From the NCBI GenBank assembly GCA_963976765.1, contig CAXBME010000011.1, positions 124,001 to 188,000 of the forward strand: a DNA stretch of 64,000 nt, in the 5' to 3' direction. Under the pieces are notes generated by a model. The model was not told the DNA's origin and made no database searches. It was given only the letters and a program-made list of their open reading frames with translations. Positions 57,241 through 64,000 of the stretch are shown here, one piece after another (the stretch's first letter is position 1; each line of letters starts with the position of its first letter). Source of the DNA: an uncultured Planctomycetaceae bacterium (GTDB lineage Bacteria; Planctomycetota; Planctomycetia; Planctomycetales; Planctomycetaceae). Position numbers and translations under genes: made by a program.

Positions 57241-58652
57241 CAAACAACCTCAGCCATTGGCTGACCTTCATCGAGCAGGTACTGAGGCCGTCCCTGAGGA
57301 TCAATGATCGTCGTATTACGAGCGTCGATGCCGATCCGTTCAAACAACGTCGCCATGACGTCCTTGTAATGGACTGGTCGTGAAACAGCGGTCCCTGCCG
57401 TTCGATCCGTTGCCCCGATGATCTGTCCGGTTCGCAATCCGCCACCGGCGAGAATTGCTGGACCGACACGTGGCCAGTGATGTCGCCCCCCCGTCTTCGG
57501 ATCGATTCGCGGTGTCCGACCAAATTCGCCCCAGACAACAATCGTCACATCATCGAGCATTCCACGTTCTTCAAGGTCGGTCACCAGCGCATGAAGGCCA
57601 TGATCAACGATCGGCAGCAACGCCCGCATTCTTGGAAAATTGCTCGAATGTGTGTCGAAGTCGCTGATCGATACGCTGACACATCGGACTCCCGCTTCGA
57701 TCAGCCGTCGTGCGAGCAGGAACTTCTGCGGTGCCTCGCCCCCCTCTGCCGTCGTGAACTGAAAGGCTTCCGGCATCGCCGGGCTTGTGTATCGCCTCAG
57801 CACTCGTGGTTCTTCGCTCTGCAGATCAAGAGCTTCGGCAAAGCGTCCGGACGTCAGAATGCTGACAGCCTGCTCATTGAAAGCGTCCATCGCGTCCATC
57901 ATCCCGCTGGCATCGACTTTCCGCCGGATCCGATCAAGCCCTCCGAGCAAATCTGCACGACTTTCAAGCCGAGCCAGCGACAACTGTTCGTTCAGCTTCA
58001 TGCTCACAGAATGGTCCGCGCCCAGCCGTTTCAATTCGCCCTGCATGCCCTGTTCGAGCTGCCGATGAAACATGCTCGAAATATCCGGACGAAACGGTTT
58101 GTGTGACGGTCCGAGGAATCCCGGTCGGGCACTGTTGCGAACAAGCGGTCGACCGAGCATCAGATCCACAAACGGCGGCGCGACGTCGTCTGCCCGTCCC
58201 AGCAGTTTCGACACGACCGACCCCATCGCAGGTCGGCCGCCCATTGATTCCAGAGCCTTGTAATGAAACCCCGACTGGCACTGAAACCCGTCGTGTCGAC
58301 CTGCCGATCCAACCAGCGACCGAACAAAAGCAAATCGGTCAGCAATGCTCGCCACTCTGGGCATCAGTTCGCAAATCTGAAACCCCGGCAACGAAGTCTG
58401 AATCGGGAAGAACTCGCCTCGAATCTCTGACGGTGCCGACATTTTCATATCGATGGTGTCGAGCTGTGGAGGCCCTCCGTCCAGATGAATATTTATCACA
58501 GACTTCTGCGACGATCCCGCCCCACTGGACGACTCCGCCCGCAGCACGTCAACCAGCGAAAGTCCGGCCAGCCCGGTGGCTCCGGCCATGACAGCCGCAC
58601 GACGAGTGACTCCGTCACAATGTCGAACCGATTTACCAGTCAGTGTGATCAT
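57240..58652 (-). CDS. DUF1501 domain protein
   Basis: CDGVTRR Tat-like signal, HLDGGPPQLDT, FDTH, WGEFGRTP and GRHHWP. Start set at ATG 58652. Confidence 0.9.
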   Translation of the reverse strand: MITLTGKSVRHCDGVTRRAAVMAGATGLAGLSLVDVLRAESSSGAGSSQKSVINIHLDGGPPQLDTIDMKMSAPSEIRGEFFPIQTSLPGFQICELMPRVASIADRFAFVRSLVGSAGRHDGFQCQSGFHYKALESMGGRPAMGSVVSKLLGRADDVAPPFVDLMLGRPLVRNSARPGFLGPSHKPFRPDISSMFHRQLEQGMQGELKRLGADHSVSMKLNEQLSLARLESRADLLGGLDRIRRKVDASGMMDAMDAFNEQAVSILTSGRFAEALDLQSEEPRVLRRYTSPAMPEAFQFTTAEGGEAPQKFLLARRLIEAGVRCVSVSISDFDTHSSNFPRMRALLPIVDHGLHALVTDLEERGMLDDVTIVVWGEFGRTPRIDPKTGGRHHWPRVGPAILAGGGLRTGQIIGATDRTAGTAVSRPVHYKDVMATLFERIGIDARNTTIIDPQGRPQYLLDEGQPMAEVV

Positions 58653-58996
58653 CGCTCTTCCTGTCCATTCAGTTAGCGAACGCAACGAAGATCGATTATG
58701 CACAACTCGACGCTGCGTCCCAAGTCGAACTCCGGATTCGGGTCACTGTTCGCCCTGCTCGATTAATCGCCAGTTCGTTCCTGACATACCATCGGCATTT
58801 CATCCTCGAGCCCGCCGAATCTTCACCGCAAAACTTTCTCAGCATTTTCGACACACTCTTTTTGATTGCTACTGTGCTATCGTTACAGTTTCCGCCCCGT
58901 TCAAAGTTTGCGTTCGCAGCATTCATTTCTGATGGCAAACCCGCATCAGTTCGAAATCTCACACACCATGACTCAATCGTTCGAGCAGGACGCTGG

Positions 58997-61198
58997 ATGA
59001 CCGCAATTCTCGAATCACTGCCGGGGAGCATTAACCTGGGTCTGGTTGCCAAAGAGCTTTCCTTTACCGAATCTCAGGTGCGAAACGTTGTCGCGCTGCT
59101 TGACGATGGGAACACGGTCCCGTTTATCACGCGCTACCGTAAAGAACAGACCGGCGATCTCGACGAAGAGCAGATTCGTGCGATCGAAAAACGAGTCAAT
59201 CTGTTGCGACAACTGGCGGAGAAAGCTGACACCATTCTTCGACAGATCGACTCGCAGGGAAAACTGACTCCCGAACTACGGTCTCAGATCGAATCCGCCG
59301 ACACGTTGAAACGACTCGACGACCTTTATCTTCCGTACCGACCGAAACGACGCTCGCGCGCCGAAGCCGCTCGCGAAAAAGGACTCGAGCCGCTCGCCGA
59401 ACTGATCATGCGAGGCGGAGCTGACTCAATCCCGATCGCGAAAGCCGCAGCAGCATTTGTCTCCTCAAATCCTGATGAAGGCATCGCTACGAAGGACGAA
59501 GCGCTTCGAGGAGCCGCCGACATCATTGCGGAGTGGATCAGCGAAAATGTGGCTGTCCGAGACAGCTCCCGCAAGATTGCCTGGCGAACGGGCAGGATCA
59601 GCGTGTCGCCGACGAAGAAAAACGAGGAGAAACGGAAGGAATTCGAAAACTATTTTGACTACAGCGAGCCTGTCTGGAAGGTTCCTCCACATCGAACTCT
59701 GGCGTTGAATCGAGGCGAGAAAGAAGAAGTCCTGCGAATCAGGTTCGAATGGGACCGTGAGGTCGCGGCGAGAGCGATTTCAAGTCAGTACAACCTGCCC
59801 GACCACGCGCACCGCAAGTTTCTCGACGAGTGCATTCAGGATTCACTCGATCGACTGATCCACCCCAGCATCGAACGAGAGATCCGACGAGAGATCACGG
59901 AACAGGCAGAAGAGCACGCAATCGGCGTCTTCGCCCGAAACCTGCGAAGCCTGCTGCTGCAACCACCTCTCAAGAATGAGGCCGTCCTGGCGATTGATCC
60001 AGGCTTCCGAACCGGATGCAAGATTGCGATTCTCGATGAACGCGGTCAGTGCCAGCATACCGACGTCGTTTATGTCACCGGATCGGCTGATAAACGCCAG
60101 GGCACGCTTCGGCGACTGGCGGAACTTGTCAACAAATATTCGTGCGGCCTGATCGCCATCGGTAACGGCACAGCCTGCCGCGAAACGGAAGAACTCGTTG
60201 GCCAACTGATCGCAGAACATTGTTCCCACTGCCGCTACCTCATCGTGAACGAAGCCGGCGCGAGCATCTATTCGGCCAGTCCAGTCGCTCGCGAAGAATT
60301 TCCCGACTATGACGCTACCGTTCGCGGCACCATTTCCATCGGTCGACGACTTCTGGACCCACTGAGTGAACTCGTCAAGATCGACCCGCAGCACATCGGC
60401 GTGGGAATGTATCAGCACGACATGAATCAACGTCAAATGAAAGAGTCGCTCGATAGTGTCGTCGAGTCATGCGTCAACTTCGTCGGAGTCGACCTGAACA
60501 CAGCCAGCGCATCGCTTCTGAAATATGTCTCAGGCTTCAGCCAGCTCATTGCCAAACGAGTGGTCGAGTGGCGAAATGCAAACGGTCCATTCAACAGTCG
60601 AAAACAGCTCCTCGAAGTGGCTGGCGTCGGCAAGTCAACTTTTACTCAGGCGGCAGGCTTCCTGAAGATCAGCAACGGTGAAGAACCGCTCGACCAGACC
60701 TGGATTCACCCGGAAAGTTACAAGGTCGCTCATCGACTGCTGGAAAGCCTTTCGCTCAAGCCCGACGACGTGCAGGCTACCGCTGAGGGCAAAGAGACTC
60801 TGCAAAACAGTCTCGCAGACGTTTCCGTAAAGCATCTTGCTGGCGAGTTAAACATCGGGCAGCCAACTTTGAAAGACATTATCGAAGCACTGCGTCGGCC
60901 TGGCCGAGATCCTCGAACGGACCTTCCTGGCCCGATCTTCCGCAGCGGCGTTCTGAAGCTCGACGACCTGGCAACGGGTATGGAACTGGACGGGACTGTT
61001 CTGAACGTTGTTGACTTCGGAGCGTTCGTCGACATCGGCCTGAAAGATACGGGGCTCGTTCACGTCAGCCAGATGGCCGACCGATTCATCAGCAGCCCGC
61101 ACGAAGTCGTCTCAGTGGGAGACATCGTTACTGTCTGGGTTCAGTCGGTCGACAAAGAACGTCGGCGCGTTTCTCTGACAATGAAAAAGCCCGGCTAA
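58997..61198 (+). CDS. tex: Tex-family transcriptional accessory protein (S1 RNA-binding)
   Basis: GNTVPFITRYRKE, DPGFRTGCK, VNEAGASIYSAS, IGVGMYQHD and C-terminal S1 NVVDFGAFVDIG. Confidence 0.95.
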   Translation: MTAILESLPGSINLGLVAKELSFTESQVRNVVALLDDGNTVPFITRYRKEQTGDLDEEQIRAIEKRVNLLRQLAEKADTILRQIDSQGKLTPELRSQIESADTLKRLDDLYLPYRPKRRSRAEAAREKGLEPLAELIMRGGADSIPIAKAAAAFVSSNPDEGIATKDEALRGAADIIAEWISENVAVRDSSRKIAWRTGRISVSPTKKNEEKRKEFENYFDYSEPVWKVPPHRTLALNRGEKEEVLRIRFEWDREVAARAISSQYNLPDHAHRKFLDECIQDSLDRLIHPSIEREIRREITEQAEEHAIGVFARNLRSLLLQPPLKNEAVLAIDPGFRTGCKIAILDERGQCQHTDVVYVTGSADKRQGTLRRLAELVNKYSCGLIAIGNGTACRETEELVGQLIAEHCSHCRYLIVNEAGASIYSASPVAREEFPDYDATVRGTISIGRRLLDPLSELVKIDPQHIGVGMYQHDMNQRQMKESLDSVVESCVNFVGVDLNTASASLLKYVSGFSQLIAKRVVEWRNANGPFNSRKQLLEVAGVGKSTFTQAAGFLKISNGEEPLDQTWIHPESYKVAHRLLESLSLKPDDVQATAEGKETLQNSLADVSVKHLAGELNIGQPTLKDIIEALRRPGRDPRTDLPGPIFRSGVLKLDDLATGMELDGTVLNVVDFGAFVDIGLKDTGLVHVSQMADRFISSPHEVVSVGDIVTVWVQSVDKERRRVSLTMKKPG

Positions 61199-61307
61199 GG
61201 TACTTTCAGAATTCATTTTCAGTGTTCTGCAGGAAGGCCACGAAGGAAACTAAGACCATTTCGGGTGTCAGCTCCTGCACAGAAACCATGAAAATGGTCT
61301 AAGCCAA

Positions 61308-62237
61308 TCAGAAAATGTATTCCTGATAGATGAAGCTCAGCAGGAACGGACCAAGGATGATCACGACGGTCGACGCCATGATCAGAATCCCCGGCAGCAG
61401 CATTTTGACCCCGGCTTCACCGGCGATCGTTTCCGCACGCTGAGTTCGCTTGATTCGCAGAACGTCCGCCTGAGTTCTGAACACGGTGGCCAGCGGTGTC
61501 CCCAGATTCTCGCCTTGAATGATTGAACCGACGATCGCGGTGACTTCGTCGTCGCTCAGTCGCTCACGCATTGACTCCAGAGCCATCGTCCGACTTTTCC
61601 CCATGCGGATTTCAGCGAGGACTCGTCCAAACTCGACACCGACCGGTTGATCGTGAAATTCGCGAACGGCTTCAGCCATGGCGTTGATGAAGGTCGATCC
61701 GGCTTCCATCAGCAGGGTGACCAGATCCAGCAGAAACGGCATCTTCTTCTTGATCTGGAAGAGTCGATAATGGGCTTCAGACGCCAGGCGGCGACGCAAC
61801 CAGTAGGCGGTCAGCCCGGTTAAAGCCAGTGCCGAAACTACTCCCGGCGTCCCCATCATCTCGACACAGACGTAAACAAAGGCCGGCATCATCAATAAAG
61901 CGATTGTCTGAAGCCTCGCCAGGTATTCTTCGGGAGTCCAGAAACGAGTGTGCCCGGCGGCCTGGAGTTCCCGACCGATCTCCGGCAAGGAGCCGCGAAA
62001 CATTCCTCGATTCAGAACAGCCAGACCGGCGATCATCGGGTAGAAGATTCGGTACAACGGACTGAGCCGACGCAGCTCGTTGATCCGGTTAACGTCGTAG
62101 CGCCACTCGTCGCCCTGCTCGGCGTCCTCGGAGTACAACGTGTTTCGAATCGTCCTCGCCAGCACAAACACCGCCGCGAAGGCGAGTGCACACCCTGCGA
62201 CACCAAATCCAAGGGTTCCTGGCTGAACTGCAAACAT
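61308..62237 (-). CDS. tadC: Type II secretion system F family protein (TadC-like)
   Basis: [39 protein letters not shown] and [10 protein letters not shown] segments. Confidence 0.85.
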   Translation of the reverse strand: MFAVQPGTLGFGVAGCALAFAAVFVLARTIRNTLYSEDAEQGDEWRYDVNRINELRRLSPLYRIFYPMIAGLAVLNRGMFRGSLPEIGRELQAAGHTRFWTPEEYLARLQTIALLMMPAFVYVCVEMMGTPGVVSALALTGLTAYWLRRRLASEAHYRLFQIKKKMPFLLDLVTLLMEAGSTFINAMAEAVREFHDQPVGVEFGRVLAEIRMGKSRTMALESMRERLSDDEVTAIVGSIIQGENLGTPLATVFRTQADVLRIKRTQRAETIAGEAGVKMLLPGILIMASTVVIILGPFLLSFIYQEYIF

Positions 62238-62513
62238 GCCTCTCACGCCTTCCTGAAGGATGCGACCTTCGGATCACACACCCAACTAAGTGCATACCCA
62301 ACCGAGAATGTGCCCTACCGTCAAACGGAATCTCCGAAGAAGTCTCAACAGTTCGCCCCTTGCCGGGCCGTCCGCCGTTATTTGGTGGCTGAGTTTACGG
62401 CGTCGTCGCCACCACATACAGCGCCGAACGATCTTAACCGGCCACGGGAATTGACACTGCGGAGTTGCGGCCTAGAATCGCTCGTTTTTCCCCATTTTTT
62501 GAGGGTCGCACTC

Positions 62514-63392
62514 GTGGACGAACCAACTCGGAAGGCGTGCGTACTGATCGAAGCGCTCGCCTGGATCCGACAATTCAGAGACCGATACATCATCATCAAG
62601 CTGGGCGGCAGTGCACTGGAAAATTCAGAAGCCGTCAAGTCGTTCCTGACCGACGTGATTTTCCTTGAGACCGTCGGCATGCGACCGGTCGTGATTCATG
62701 GCGGCGGAAAAGAAATCAGCCAGGCGATGGAAGACGCCGGCATCGAACCTCGCTGGGTTCAGGGACGACGCTACACCGATCAAAAGACGCTCGAAATCGC
62801 GGCCAACATTCTCGCCCGAGACATCTGCACTCGGTTGATTGACGAAGTCGAGCACCAGGGCGGCAAGGCAGTCGGGCTGAGTTTCGCAACAGGGAAGAAC
62901 GTCCTGATCGGTGAGCGGCTTGCGCTGACTTCTGACTCGGGTGAAGAAATCGACCTCGGCCTGGTCGGCCACGTGACGGACATCAATCGCGAATTCCTGG
63001 ACGCAATCACCGGTGCAGGAAAGATCCCGATCATTCCATGCATCGCCGTCGATCGAAACGGGCAGATGCTCAACGTCAACGGCGACACCGCCGCTGCTGC
63101 CGTCGCGCGACTCCTCAAAGCCGAAAAGCTCGTCTTCGTCAGCGACGTGCCCGGACTGTTGCGCGACAAAAACGATCCCGAGTCACTGATTTCGCATATC
63201 AATGTCGCGGAAGCACGATCACTCATCGCCGACGGAACAATCTCCGCCGGCATGATTCCGAAAATCGAAGCCGCTCTGGAAGCTCTCGAAGCCGGCGTCG
63301 GAAAACTTCACATCGTCGACGGTCGACGGCAACATTCACTGCTTCTCGAAATTTACTCCAACATGGGAGTCGGAACGGAAATCGTTGCCTGA
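62514..63392 (+). CDS. argB: Acetylglutamate kinase
   Basis: [30 protein letters not shown] and LLLEI...GVGTEI. The real start is GTG 62514, after GAGG. Confidence 0.95.
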   Translation: MDEPTRKACVLIEALAWIRQFRDRYIIIKLGGSALENSEAVKSFLTDVIFLETVGMRPVVIHGGGKEISQAMEDAGIEPRWVQGRRYTDQKTLEIAANILARDICTRLIDEVEHQGGKAVGLSFATGKNVLIGERLALTSDSGEEIDLGLVGHVTDINREFLDAITGAGKIPIIPCIAVDRNGQMLNVNGDTAAAAVARLLKAEKLVFVSDVPGLLRDKNDPESLISHINVAEARSLIADGTISAGMIPKIEAALEALEAGVGKLHIVDGRRQHSLLLEIYSNMGVGTEIVA

Positions 63393-63489
63393 ACGTTCCG
63401 AACCGCCACACAACACGTACTGTCTGACGGTCCTTCCGCGACAACCTCAAATCTACTCAGCCAGACGTAAGCACGTCTCACTTTGAAAG

Positions 63490-64000
63490 ATGACGACAAT
63501 GGATCCAGCCGCTGCAATGTCCAGTCAGGACAGGATTGCCCAGTTCAACAAGTACGTGATTCCGAACTACACTCGGTACCCGATCAGTCTGGTTCGAGGC
63601 GAAGGGCAACACTGCTGGGACGCCGAAGGAAAACGTTACCTTGATCTGTTCCCCGGCTGGGGCTGCAACATTCTGGGGCACTGCCCGCCGCGAATCACTC
63701 AGGCGATCCGTGAGCAGATCGACAAGCTGGTCCACATCCCCAACACCTGGTACATGGAGCCGCAAGGCGATTTCGCCGAAATGCTCTGCACGAGAAGCTT
63801 TGGCAAAGCCTTCTTCTGCAACAGCGGAGCGGAAGCCAACGAAGGCGCGATCAAGCTCGCACGCCTGCACGGCATGAAAGAGGGTCGCTACAAAATCATC
63901 ACCTTCGAGAAGGGATTTCACGGAAGAACGCTCGCCACGACGGCGGCAACGGCTCAACCAAAATTCCACGACGGCATCGGACCGCTGGTTGCCGGCTTCA
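63490..64000 (+). CDS. argD: Acetylornithine aminotransferase, 5' part (runs off window; not in the ORF track)
   Basis: Reads [58 protein letters not shown] and GFHGRT. Follows argB. Confidence 0.9.
   Translation, partial: MTTMDPAAAMSSQDRIAQFNKYVIPNYTRYPISLVRGEGQHCWDAEGKRYLDLFPGWGCNILGHCPPRITQAIREQIDKLVHIPNTWYMEPQGDFAEMLCTRSFGKAFFCNSGAEANEGAIKLARLHGMKEGRYKIITFEKGFHGRTLATTAATAQPKFHDGIGPLVAGF

Noticed and set aside
61950..62513. 188-aa N-terminal extension of ArgB in the ORF track
   Set aside because: It overlaps tadC on the opposite strand. ArgB similarity begins at GTG 62514, which has its own SD.
1..64000. tRNA, rRNA, CRISPR arrays, transposases, integrases, prophage genes, and the many antisense shadow ORFs
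   Set aside because: No cloverleaf, regularly spaced repeats or mobile-element motifs were seen by eye. Shadow ORFs are expected opposite real genes in GC-rich DNA. A covariance-model scan would be needed to exclude small ncRNAs.

Overview
This is an ordinary-looking, gene-dense chromosomal segment of a Planctomycetota bacterium. The assignment rests on DUF1501 and PSD1/PSCyt proteins, a PVC-type heme protein, an ECF sigma/Ser-Thr kinase pair and H4MPT C1 genes. I call about 44 CDS. I found no rRNA, tRNA, CRISPR array, transposase or phage gene. In order: (1) a cold-shock module (DEAD-box helicase, a missed small ORF, csp); (2) a PSD1 cytochrome/DUF1501 pair; (3) an FHA-GAF class III nucleotide cyclase with non-canonical base-specificity residues, followed by a 2TM-CBS protein; (4) a divergent cytochrome c/PA14/beta-propeller cluster; (5) an ECF sigma plus a giant kinase carrying a duplicated novel domain and an RcpC/CpaB domain; (6) a long minus-strand run dxr-rseP-recQ-glycerate kinase-BRCT/MerR/TPR-cca-mch-RimK-like ligase; (7) a second site-2 protease and csp; (8) a murJ/GT4/phosphoglycosyltransferase/DUF368 neighbourhood; (9) a glycosyltransferase operon; (10) a PAS kinase with two FixJ-like regulators; (11) tex, an orphan tadC, argB and a partial argD. 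The best leads are the atypical cyclase plus 2TM-CBS pair, the kinase with Tad-pilus-like extracytoplasmic domains, and two small genes that appear to start at non-canonical AUC and AUU codons. Several REP-like palindrome families lie in intergenic spaces. All product calls come from motif recognition by eye, not from database searches.
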